64,000 nucleotides of DNA from Macrostomum lignano (taxonomy: Eukaryota): positions 87,320 to 151,319 of the forward strand of contig NIVC01001757.1 in assembly GCA_002269645.1 (NCBI GenBank). Reading direction: 5' to 3'. Positions 1 through 13,000 of the stretch are shown one piece after another. The translations under genes were made by a program, and so were the position numbers. The notes under the pieces are model-generated. The model searched no databases and had not been told where the DNA came from. It saw only the letters and a program-made list of their open reading frames with translations. The first letter of the stretch is position 1. Every line of letters begins with the position of its first letter.

Positions 1-464
1 GTGAGATATGGCTAAGATTTAGGGCGAGATTTGGGTGAGATATAGATGTAAAAGGAAATTTCTGATCGGGATATAGAGATGAAAGGTGATGAGAGATGAA
101 GGTGACACCGTACAGAGAGGGTGAGATTTCTGAGGTTGCTATGGTGAGATGTAAACAGCTGCTTCAGAGTCCAAAACAATTTCAGAACAAAGCCTAATAA
201 AAAATCAAATCATTTGATCCCGTGCAATATTAAAAAAGGGTCTGGACAGCTTCATCAAAGGATGACGCCGCGACAAAATCTTCAAGAGTTTCTTTTTTAT
301 CGGAACTTGGGTTTCCAATTTTTCCGCAAGTTGATTCTGTAGGCGGCATAAACACTTTTCCTAAAAAAGTATGAATTGTTCCCAAACATTCCGAAGTTAA
401 ATTTGCAGATTAATAATGGCATGGAATTTGCACTGCACGGTTTGATGATAAAAATGGATTTACA

Positions 465-1010
465 GGGAGATATTGCAGATGGGAAATGAGAGATGCAGGG
501 TGAGATTTGAAGATAAGAAAAGGGAGATGCGGGGGGAGATTTGAAGTTGAGAAAGGGGAGATGCAGGGTGAGATTTGCAGATGGGAATGGGAGCTACAGG
601 GTGAGATTTGCAGACAGGAAATGAGATGCAGGGTGAGATTTGAAGATGAGAATGGGAGATACAGGGTGAGATTTAAAGATGGGAAATGAGAGATGCAGGG
701 TGAGATTTAAAGATGGGAAATGAAAGATGCAGGATGAGATTTAAAGATGGGAAATGGAGGATGTAGGGTGAGATTTAAAGATGGGAAATGAGAGATGCAG
801 GGTGAGATTTAAAGATGGGAAATGAGAGATGCAGGGTGAGATTTGAAGATGGGAAATGGAGGATGCAGGGTGAGATTTGAAGATGGGAAATGGAGGATGC
901 AGAGTGAGATTTGAAGATGGGAAATGGAAGATGCAGGGTGAGATTTGAAGATGAGAAAGGGGAGATGCAGGGTGAGATTTGAAGATGAGAATGAGAGATG
1001 CAGGGTGAGA
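465..1010. repeat. Minisatellite, 34-bp unit AGATGCAGGGTGAGATTTAAAGATGGGAAATGAG, about 15 copies
   Basis: Direct tandem periodicity (e.g. 691, 725); degenerate GGGTGAGATTT motifs also at 1-150. Confidence 0.9.
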
Positions 1011-1057
1011 TCGATATCCGGGAAGATACAAATAAAAAATGGGAAGAAAACCACGAC

Positions 1058-4000
1058 TTACCATCGCCCAGTCTCCAACTTGTTGACCATCTTGTGCGCA
1101 AAATATTCCACCTTCTCTTTGCGAGCGCCCAGAAGATTTTTCTCGTTATTATTGAGCGACGCTGAGGAGGTTCCGCTGACGGCGCCCAGTCCCGAGTCCA
1201 GCTCGTCCTCGGCGTCGTCTTTAGCCTTGGAGTTCGAACTGCTGAGAGGCGTCATTGAAGTGGCGGTATTGGAGGCCGGGACTGAGGCACCCTGCGGGCT
1301 CTGACTGCAGTATCGCCGACAGGAGGCAGACAGCAGGCACAGCAGCAGCACTGTCACTGGCAGGAGCACCCCGCAAGCTGCTAGCAAAATCGTCTCAGTG
1401 GTGCCGCCGCCGCCGCCGCCGTCAGCCGCGGCGGCAATCTCGACAACGCCGACAATAGATCGATTATGACCGCTGCTACTGTTGCCAAGGCTACGGTTGC
1501 CATGGAGCCCGCCGCTGTCCGAGTGCTCGCAGTAGGCTCCGCGGAAGCCGGGCGGACAGCGGCACTCGAGGCCGTTGGCCCGGTCAACGCAGGTGCCACC
1601 GTTGCGACAGCGGAAGCGACAGTCCAGCAGGTTGACGTTGCAACGGGTGCCGGCGAAATGGTGGCGGCAGATGCAGCTGAACTTGTTCAGGCCGTCCACG
1701 CACTGGCCACCTGGGGGGGAGGGCGGTTCGGGAATGGGGCGGGGGTTAGACTCTCGCCATAGCTCGTACCATGGTCCCTTGGGGCCTGACCGATTAGGTC
1801 AGCGCTCAAGCAGTTCTGCCCATTCCCTCTGACTGCTGAGCACATACAAGCGGCCCTTTGACTCTCAAAATCCTCAGGCATGTACACACTCTCAACAGAA
1901 TCGATTCATCGAACCATAGCTCCTTCCTGGTCGGTGCCCAAAAAAGCCACTGTGTGAACCATACAGGATCAGGAACTACAGAAACCTAATAAATCACTTA
2001 ATAAATGATGCTATTATCATATTTATATTTATATACTCGTATACAGCTAAGATCTTGCATCCAAAATCTAATTACTCTAACAGATCTAAATTAATTTTGC
2101 AGTATCTAGCCTGGTCTATAACGAGCAGGAAGACAGGGAACTGTTAAGCTAATGATGAGCAGCTTGTCAGACTAATTACATAAGCTTCACACGGCTGAGC
2201 TGTGTGTAAGTAAGATGGAGAGTTGAAGCAGAAAAAGCAGAAACACGCAGCGTATTCTGTTTGTTGCTAAGCGCAATTTCGCGCGTGGATTGGAACGGCA
2301 AAGATTAGCACGAGAAGACGGCGGCGAGCCTTTAGCCGTATTGAATTTGTCTGCAGATATGCGGCGTCGTCTCCTTGGCAACTGCTACCATGTCCCTAGA
2401 AGATTTTGATTAGAAACTAAATAAGGAACTTCATGGGCGCAGCCTCCGCCTACGCAGGCGAAACAATTAATTAGCATATCTATAAAATTAGCATATATTT
2501 AACATAATTAAAACCCTGCATAATTGGTCGAGTGGCACATGCAGCATCGCCAGGACAAGAAACGTTTAATCGCCAAAAAAGTAATTAGGTCGTAGAGCAT
2601 TGCGCTAGACACACGCTTGATTGCGTATCTCTTTAATCTGTTCGTGCAAATTATTAATAATTAAGAAAGTTTAAGCCATGTCAGCTCCTTGCGGCTGAAA
2701 TGCAATTCAGTTTGTAAGAGGCAAAAGCTATATTGCTACAACTTTTATCAATCATAGAATCGAGTTCCATATAGATCCCAGCTTCGAGTCCCGAAAAGAT
2801 CCCAAATTCGAGTCACAGATTCATTCCAGATTCGAGTCTCAGATAGATCTTGGAGTTGGGTTTCAGATAAATCTCGGATTTGAGTCCCGAATAGATCCCA
2901 GATTCAAGTTTCGGATAGATCCCAGGTTCGAGTCCCAAATAGATCCCAGATTCGAGTCCCGAAAAGATCCCAGGTTCGAGTCACAGATAGATCCCAGATT
3001 CGAGTCCCGAATAGATCCCAGATTTAAGTCTCAGATAGATCCCAGGTTCAAGTCCCGAATAGATTTCAGATTCAAGTCCCGAATAGATCCCAGATTCGAG
3101 TCGCGAATAGATCCCAGAATGAGTCGGAAAATGGATCCCAAATTCGACTCCCGAATAGATTCCAGAATCGAGTCCCGAATAAATATCTCAGAATCAACCT
3201 ACAAACAAACTTCTGAATAAATCAAGTACCGTGCAGATCTCATAATAAAAAAGCACCCTACTTTGACAAAGCCATCGAGTTTGCAGCAGCTAACATACAA
3301 AGGGTAAAGTTGAATTGGTAGGGAGAGCATAGCTACTGAAGGAAAGACATTAATGACTTACTATTCAATACCCAGTATCAATGAATAGCTACTATAGTTT
3401 CAACCAACAGCTAACCCGCTCCGCCCATTTTGTTATTAATGAGAAAAATAGCGCAACGCAACATAAAAACACGCTGTATGCAAGCTTATAGCCGAAGACA
3501 AGTACCCTTGCTTAAGGGGGGTAGGACAGGGCGGTTCTTCTCTGGTACTACGATAAGAACTTACAACAGGGTAGGATATATCCCTACGTTGGGGAACCAT
3601 TGCTAAGTTACAACCGCCCCTGGATTTGCAAACAGGTTTTTATGAGGGGGGGGGGGTTGTTGAGCGGAAAGGAAGGCTCCCTCACCGCTACTCCCCTGTT
3701 TACCACTGCCCGGTCGCTCTATGGAAAGAAACCGCAAAAAATTCATTAATCAAAATCAAGAATGAACAATGTTCCATGCTATTGGCCCGAGGGACAGGGA
3801 GAGAACAAAACTAAATAACCGAATCCAAACAATTAATAACCTGTATTAAGTAGCAATTATCTCACTTTGGTGCTGTAGCAATCACCTCATTTTAGCGCTG
3901 TAACAATCATCTTATCTTGGTGCTGTAGCAATCACCTCATTTTGGTGCTGTAGCAATCACCTCATTTTTGTGCTGTAGCAATCATCTCATGTTGGTGCTG

Positions 4001-7000
4001 TAGCAATCACCTCATTTTGGTGCTGTAGCAATCAACTCATTTTGGTGCTGTAGCAATCATCTCATTTTGGTGCTGTAGCAATCATCTCATTTTGGTGCTG
4101 TAGCAATCATCTCATTTTGGTGCTGTAGCAGTCATCTCATTTTGGTGCTGTAGCAATCATCTCATGTTGGTGCTGTAGCAATCACCTCATGTTGGTGCTG
4201 TAGCAATCAACTCATTTTGGTGCTGTAGCAATCATCTCATGTTGGTGCTGTAGCAATCACCTCATTTTGGTGCTGTAGCAATCAACTCATTTTGGTGCTG
4301 TAGCAATCATCTCATTTTGGTGCTGTAGCAATCATCTCATTTTGGTGCTGTAGCAATCATCTCATTTTGGTGCTGTAGCAATCATCTCATTTTGGTGCTG
4401 CAGCAATCATCTCATTTTGGTGCTGTAGCAATCATCTTATCTTGGTGCTGCAGCAATCATCTCATTTTGGTGCTGTAGCAATCATCTCATTTTGGTGCTG
4501 TAGCAATCATCTTATCTTGGTGCTGTAGCAATCATCTCATTTTGGTGCTGTAGCAATCATCTCATTTTGGTGCTGTAGCAATCATCTTATCTTGGTGCTG
4601 TAGCAATCATCTCATTTTGGTGCTGTAGCAATCATCTCATTTTGGTGCTGTAGCAATCATCTCATTTTGGTGCTGTAGCAATCATCTCATTTTGGTGCTG
4701 TAGCAATCATCTCATTTTGGTGCTGTAGCAATCATCTCATTTTGGTGCTGTAGCAATCATCTTATCTTGGTGCTGCAGCAATCATCTCATTTTGGTGCTG
4801 TAGCAATCATCTCATCTTGGTGCTGCAGCAATCATCTCATTTTGGTGCTGTAGCAATCACCTCATTTTGGTGCTGTAGCAATCATTTTATTTTGGTGCTG
4901 TAGCAATCATCTCATTTTGGTGCTGTAGCAGTCATCTCATTTTGGTGCTGCAGCAATCATCTCATTTTGGTGCTGCAGCAATCATCTCATTTTGGTGCTG
5001 TAGCAATCACCTCATTTTGGTGCTGTAGCAATCACCTCATTTTGGTGCTGTAGCAATCATTTTATTTTGATGTTGTAGCAATCATCTTATGTTGGTTCTG
5101 TAGCAATCATCTCATTTCGGTGCTGTAGCAATCATCTCATTTTGGTGTTGTAGCAATCATCTTATCTTGGAGCTTTTTTGTCTTGGCCAATCATCTTGTG
5201 CCAAACATGACACATTAGACAGTCACCTATTACTTTTAGTGCCTGTTTTAGATCAGATTTAGAAACTAATAAAACAAGTGCTTTTTTCGCATGCATACCA
5301 TCTTGCAGCGTAGGTTTTGTTGCGGCCAAAGTTTGAAAAAGGAACGAACAGTAATCAAGACAAGCTGAATGAATTCCTATGTCCCTTCACCAGCCAGGCT
5401 TTTTATGAGAAATGCAACATTGCACGTGCTGAGACACGCTGTGAGCTGGCAGTGCAACTGCACCTGTTGGTTGCAGATAGCCCTTAGAATACAATACAAC
5501 ATAGCAATACGTATGTAACATTTTGGATTTGGACTATTGAACGTCATCTATAAAGTCTGAAATTCCAAATGCTAGAAAGGTTTCTCTAAAATTTATATCC
5601 TCAATGGTCCGACAAGATCCGACAACTATGATTTTTGACCCGTATAATAGTGGGACGGTCACAATTTTTGATGAACGTCAAAATGTGAATGTGGCACTGC
5701 CTGTCACACTTGTGACCGTGATGTGATCGTCATTTACTAATGTGAATGTGACCATTAAAAAACACTCACGTGACCATCGTGTGACCTTCAAATGTGACAA
5801 TCACAAAACGGTCACTCGTGTGACCGTCAAAAGATAAAATGTCGTCATTGTGACCCTAATATGTGTTAGCTACTTAGCTTTATATAATAAAAAACTAACA
5901 CGTGAAAAAACGAACACCTTGATAATGATTGACCGTTTACACAGACTCACACAGACAAATTTTTAAATCTTAACTATAAAATCTCACTCCTGCGATTCTG
6001 AGATCATCTCACCCCTGCGATTAGAGATCTAAAATCTCACCCCTACGATTTGAGATCTAAAATCTCACCCCTACAATTCGGAGATCTAAAATCTCATCCT
6101 AGGATTTGAGATCTAAATTCTCAACACTGCGATTCCGAGATAAAAAATCTCACCCTTGCGACTTTGAAGTATTACATTTAAGTGAACACTCGTTCATGTA
6201 TCTTATCAGACTCACAGGTATTTACTGAGGTTTACCTGTACATTGTCAACCGCATATTTTCTTTGTTGGCGATTAGAATAATAATTATTAATATTAAATG
6301 CTGATTGTCTCCCCTACCATTGTCAACTGGCTGTCGGAGTACCTGGCCGGGGTTAAAAACAGGCTTAATAAACCAGGCTAGGGCAACCCTGGGATATTTT
6401 ACTGAAATTATATTCTCTAATTAATAATTAATAAACAGCAGTTTTAACACACGGGGATGGCAGAGATGGCGTTAGATAGATAGGGATTAACGGATGAACA
6501 ATGCAGGACACCTATAGCCTAGCAGAGATTATCAATCCCTATATCAAAATCCTTATAATCCAATATATATTTCATTCTTTGATCCATAACCCCCGCTACA
6601 TATTGCGCTGTTTGGATAATTAGCACGTGGCTAAACATCAGTTCGTATCAGATATAATTATTATTAGCATCAGGGAGTGCTAATAAACCTGTTGACAAGC
6701 ATTCCGGATTGAAACTATATTTAACAGTCTATTTAAACAGTACTAACTACCTTTAACTTTATATTTTCAGAGTACACTTAAAAACAGAGATAACTTTCCT
6801 TTGTTAATCGACCAAATCTCATGATGTTGATGGTCCCGAAAAATGAAGAACGAAGAATGACACCCCCGAAATTCTCGTGAAATCAGATAACAGCGGGATA
6901 TGACATCCCTGAAATTCTTCTGAAATCAGATAACAGCGGGATATGACATCCCTGAAATTCTTCTGAAATCAGATCACTGCGGGATATGACATCCCTGAAA

Positions 7001-10000
7001 TTCTTCTGAAGTCAGATCACTGCGGGATATGACATCCCTGAAATTCTTCTGAAGTCAGATCACAGAGGGATTTGACATCCCTGAAATTCTCATGAAGTCA
7101 GATAACAGCAGGATATGACATCCCTGAAATTCTCATGAAGTCAGATCACAGCGGGATATGACATCCCTGAAATTCTCATGAAGTCAGATCACAGAGGGAT
7201 ATGACATCCCTGAAATTCTCATGAAGTCAGATCACAGAGGGATATGACATCCCTGAAATTCTCAGGAAATCAGATCACAGAGGGATTTGACATCCCTGAA
7301 ATTCGCATGAAATCAGATCACAGCAGGATATGACATCCCTGAAATTCTCATGAAGTCAGATCACAGAGGGATATGACATCCCTGAAATTCGCAGGAAATC
7401 AGATCACAGCGGGATATGACATCCCTGAAATTCGCAGGAAATCAGATCACAGAGGGATATGACATCCCTGAAATTCGCATGAAATCAGATCACAGCGGGA
7501 CCCTGAATTCCTATGAAATGAGATAGCAATAATTTATGACTTAATGTATCAAATTAAAAGCCGTTAAAGAGTTAATGAATATGCGTCACGAAGGGGTGAA
7601 ATATGACTTTTGAAATGACGAAAAGGTTAAACGATTTAGCCTTCAATTGTTCAGGGAATGATTAAATGAACCTTCGACCTAAGCAATTCTATTAATAATT
7701 AATACTGAAGAAGTCGTGACAGCTTGAACTTTGGAGAGCACCAAGACCAAGAGCACAGAACTCATTCAGCAGGTCGCCAAGTCTAAAAACACACAGCTGC
7801 GCCCAATCTGCACCTGTCAGGGGGGGGGGGGGCAATCCACTAGCGCTCCCAGCACTGACCTCCAACCTCCCTCAGCCCTTACCTCTACTCAGTCATTTAT
7901 AATACTTAAACCATATGCTCACTTAGATGGAGGCGAAATTAGAATGCAGTTTTCATACTAAATGGCCCGCGAGTGTACCCCACTCTCCTGCCCTGGTCAC
8001 TGAGCAGTTATAAATCATTCTCTGAACTGCCGTTCAGCGCCCAGCGCCATTGTGAATTAAGCACTCGCTGCACTTCATCGTCAGATAGCTCAGGTAAAAA
8101 TCTGCCGATTTCTAAACCAAAAATTTCTATAAACTGGCCTGGATTTGTCAAAAGAATTTCAATAACCATTTAAATCCAGACAGTAGATTATCGCTGATCC
8201 GAGCCACTAATCCAAACTAATCCAAGCAATTATCCCATGTGGATTATCACTAATCCAAGCAATTATCCCATGTGGATTATCACTAATCCAAGAAATTATG
8301 CAATGTGGATTATCACTAATCCAAGCAATTATGCCATGTGGATTATCACTAATCCAAGCAATTATGCCATGTGGATTATCACTAATCCAAACAATTATCC
8401 CATGTGGATTATCACTAATCAAAGCAATTATCCTACCCCATGTGGATTATCACTAATCCAAGCAATTATGCAATGTGGATTATCACTAATCCAAGCAATT
8501 ATCCCATAAGACCCATATGGATTATCACTAATCCAAGCAATTATCCTACCCCATGTGGATTATCACTAATCCAAGCAATACTCCCATGTGGATTATCACT
8601 AATCCAAGCAATTATGCCATGTGGATTATCACTAATCCAAGCAATTATGCAATGTGGATTATCACTAATCCAAGCAATTATGCCATGTGGATTATCACTA
8701 ATCCAAGCGATTATGCAATGTGGATTATCAATAATCCAAGCAATTATCCCATGTGGATTATCACTAATCCAAGCAATTATGCCATGTGGATTATCACTAA
8801 TTCAAACAATTTTCCTGACGAAGAATATCGCCAATTTGAATAATAATTAAGGGCATAATCTGTAGTTTAAAAATATCTCAAGTGGATTATCGCTAATCTA
8901 AAAAGTAATGATTATTCATCCAGCCCGCTCACCATTCAGACAGTAGCCGGGCTTGCAATCGTCCGTGTTGATCTCGCAGTTCTGACCGGACCAGCCAGCA
9001 TCGCAGTCGCAGGCGAAGCCGCCCCCAGCTCTGGCCGGCAGGTCCCGGCACCGGCCGCGACCCTGGCAGGGTCTCTCCGAGCACCTGGTGATGTTGAACT
9101 GGCACCGGCGACCGGTGAAGCCCGGCCGGCAATGGCAGCGCGTGTCAGAACTGTCAATCGGCGTTGCCGTTGTCAAGGCGTTGCTATGCGGCAAATCCGC
9201 TACGACTTTTTTGCCACTCGAGTTCTGAAGGGGGGTGGTGGTATGGGTGAATTGGAATTCGACTGGAAAAATGGCAGCCCAAATGAAAGAGGACCGAAGG
9301 ACCATAAAAAGCAGCGGTGCTATGATTGAGAACCATGGGAAGAAGCTGCGGCACTCAATGATTGAGGACCATGAGAAGAAGCGGTGACCCAAATGATTGA
9401 GGACCATGAGAAGAAGCGGTGACCCAACTGATTGAGGACCATGGGAAGAAGCGGTGACCCAACTGATTGAGGACCACGGGAAGAAGCGGTGACCCAAATG
9501 ATTGAAGACCATGGGAAGAAGCCCCAGTACAAAAGGCTAGGGAATAAAACATTAAATAACTACCTGTCACTTGAATCAATGAGCTTCTGCACATAATGGA
9601 CACAAGCATACCTGCACAGCCCCTCTAACCCCCTTACCGATGGGCAAGTGCCGCCGTTGGCGCAGCCAGTCAGTCTGCAGTCGTTCAACTCTTTCTCGCA
9701 GTGAAAGCCAGTGTAGCCCGGCTGGCAGAGGCAGGTATAATTATAGCCCAAACCGTCTTTGTTGACGCAGCGACCGCCGTTCTCGCACGGATTTGGATTG
9801 TTGCGGCACCACTGCAGATCTGCGAGTGAAGATTTCATGTAAAGATCAGATATTTTGTTTTTAAATAACTGCATGTATGATTATAAGTAATATTTATCTA
9901 TTTCAAACATTAAGTACTCCAATTGTTCAGTTCTGAAATCTCACATCTAGATGACTATTCCTGAGGGACATCAATGAGATCCCATCCCTATGGGACACTA

Positions 10001-13000
10001 ATTCAGCATGAGATCTCATCCCTATGAGACACCAATGAGATCTCATCCCTATGAGCCACCAATGAAATCTCATCCCTATGAGATACCAGTGAAATATCAT
10101 CCCTATGAGACACCAATGAAATCTCATCCCTATGAGCCACCAAAGAAATCTCATCCCTATGAGACACCAATGAGATCTCTTCCTTATAGGAGACACCAAT
10201 GAGATCTCTTCCTTATGAGACACCAATGAGGTCTCATGCCTATGTGACACCAACAGCATGAGATCTCATCTTTATGAGACACCAAAAGCATGAGATATCA
10301 TCTCTATGGTACATTCATTTACCTAATCTCATTCCCATCGTAGTAGAAACATAATACATCGCTATTTGACTACAACCACTTGAAGAATGACAAGGTAGCA
10401 AAGCTATAGAGCTAAAGCTAACCAAGACACCCAAGAATCGAGCGCCCAGTGCAGGGTTCAGCTACACTGTAAAAAATAACACTGGAGTTTCATTGACCAA
10501 CAGGAGAGTCAAGTAAGAAGCGGATCAAATGACAAGTTTCTCTTTCTTGGTCTTCCGCTTCTAGGAGACCCTTAGCTAAAAGAGCCCGCAATGGAACGCT
10601 GACGGATTCGGTTTGCGATGAATGTAGCGAAATCGCAGTCTTATTGTATATGCTAAACTATTACTGCAATAGAAACTAATGCAATATACATACACTGTAC
10701 AGGTACACCGTAAGCGAAGCATTTAAGTATAGGTGAAAAAGCAACAAAGATTCCCTGTGCATTGCACACTTGTTGGTCTTTGTGCGTACAGCGTAACCCT
10801 TTTGTTTTATTATTACTACAGCTCATATGGCATGTTGCCTGGACTGAACAGTATAATTGTTGCAAGCATGCTTCCATACCAGGTAATAATAGGATGTAGT
10901 TTCTTTTCAAAATACTGCGCATTAAAAATGACCAGACTTGTGTATGTGCCCGCCTTTTTCCTGGTCCTTCGGACTTCCTATTTTTTCTTAAAAGATTATT
11001 TCAAGATGAGGAAATCAGAAAGTTGTCTGATTTTCTTCAGTATTAGCGCGGTTTTTGGCGCCAAAATAGCGCCATATTATTGGCGCCGACAGATGATGGT
11101 TTCTGGCGCCAAAAATAGCGCCGACAGATGATGGTTTCTGGCGCCAAAAATAGCGCCATATTATTAGCGCCGACAGATGATGGTTTCTGGCGCCAAAAAT
11201 AGCGCTATATTATTAGCGCCGACAGATGATGGTTTCTGACGCTAAAAATAGCGCTATATTATTAGCGCCGACAGATGATGGTTTCTGGCGCCAAAAATAG
11301 CGCTATATTATTAGCGCCGACAGATGATGGTTTCTGACGCTAAAAATAGCGCTATATTATTAGCGCCGACAGATGATGGTTTCTGGCGCCAAAAATAGCG
11401 CCGACAGATGATGGTTTCTGGCGCCAAAAATAGCGCCATATTATTAGCGCCGACAGATGATGGTTTCTGGCGCCAAAAATAGCGCCATATTATTAGCGCC
11501 GACAGATGATGGTTTCTGGCGCCAAAAATAGCGCTATATTATTAGCGCCGACAGATGATGGTTTCTGACGCTAAAAATAGCGCTATATTATTAGCGCCGA
11601 CAGATGATGGTTTCTGGCGCCAAAAATAGCGCCGACAGATGATGGTTTCTGGCGCCAAAAATAGCGCCATATTATTAGCGCCGACAGATGATGGTTTCTG
11701 GCGCCAAAAATAGCGCTATATTATTAGCGCCGACAGATGATGGTTTCTGACGCTAAAAATAGCGCTATATTATTAGCGCCGACAGATGATGGTTTCTGGC
11801 GCCAAAAATAGCGCCGACAGATGATGGTTTCTGGCGCCAAAAATAGCGCCGACAGATGATGGTTTCTGGCGCCAAAAATAGCGCCATATTATTAGCGCCG
11901 ACAGATGATGGTTTCTGGCGCCAAAAATAGCGCCATATTATTAGCGCCGACAGATGATGGTTTCTGGCGCCAAAAATAGCGCTATATTATTAGCGCCGAC
12001 AGATGATGGTTTCTGACGCTAAAAATAGCGCTATATTATTAGCGCCGACAGATGATGGTTTCTGGCGCCAAAAATAGCGCCGACAGATGATGGTTTCTGG
12101 CGCCAAAAATAGCGCCATATTATTAGCGCCGACAGATGATGGTTTCTGGCGCCAAAAATAGCGCTATATTATTAGCGCCGACAGATGATGGTTTCTGACG
12201 CTAAAAATAGCATATAATAGATAATTTCGATTGTGAAATACAGCTATATAGCTATAGCATAGCATTGTATGAGGGACTAATGTTGTAATATATCTGCATA
12301 CCATCCGCATATACTCGTAGCAACTGCTATTTCGCTAAGAGTAATTAACGGGATTATAAATAAGCCCTTGGAGATACTATATTTTCCTTCATTAGTAAGA
12401 TTTAGAAATTATTATTCAAGCTAAAGCCCCACTTCAGCCACCAGTAGACATGTCGACCTGCCTGCAGATGGAGACAAGTCTTTGTCTACTAGCTGTAGGA
12501 TTTGTTGATTTAAAGCCACCAAGCGCTACAGGAGAGAGAAACTAGGTGGGGGGACCCTATACCTTAGGTATTTTGCACCTTGATCCTTTTCAGTCCCCCG
12601 ACTCTGCATGGGAGCTGGAAAACCGGAAGGAAGGAAGGAAGGAAGGAAGGAAGCTAGAACGGTGACTCACTCTGCAAAGTAATCATTTGAATTCGTAATC
12701 ATCTGTAGCCGAAATCGCGGATTTGGCGACAGGCAGACAACCTTTCCTTTGCTGTTCGCCGTTAGCTCGTTAGCAACAACTGCAGGCTTAGGACCCCTTC
12801 CTTAACTACCCTAGCAGCCATGGGAAAGATAGCCATCTATATTACTGATACATATATACTCCCTCGACCCATCTCTGCATCAGTACCCACTATAGTCTTT
12901 GTGCGAGCTTGCATACATGGCTAAATTAATGAATTGAAAAGACAGTAGGATCTAGTTATTCTTTTTTTAATCCACCAATTTGTCCAAATTATGAAATATA

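Noticed and set aside
3860-5170. Regular 25-64-bp repeats with palindromic cores, superficially CRISPR-like (also 6855-7500, 8205-8810, 28555-28980)
   Set aside because: Units are head-to-tail with no unique spacers, there are no cas genes, and the context is eukaryotic introns.
5640-5945. Cluster of GTGAC/GTCAC motifs suggesting a MITE
   Set aside because: No clear terminal inverted repeats or TSD.
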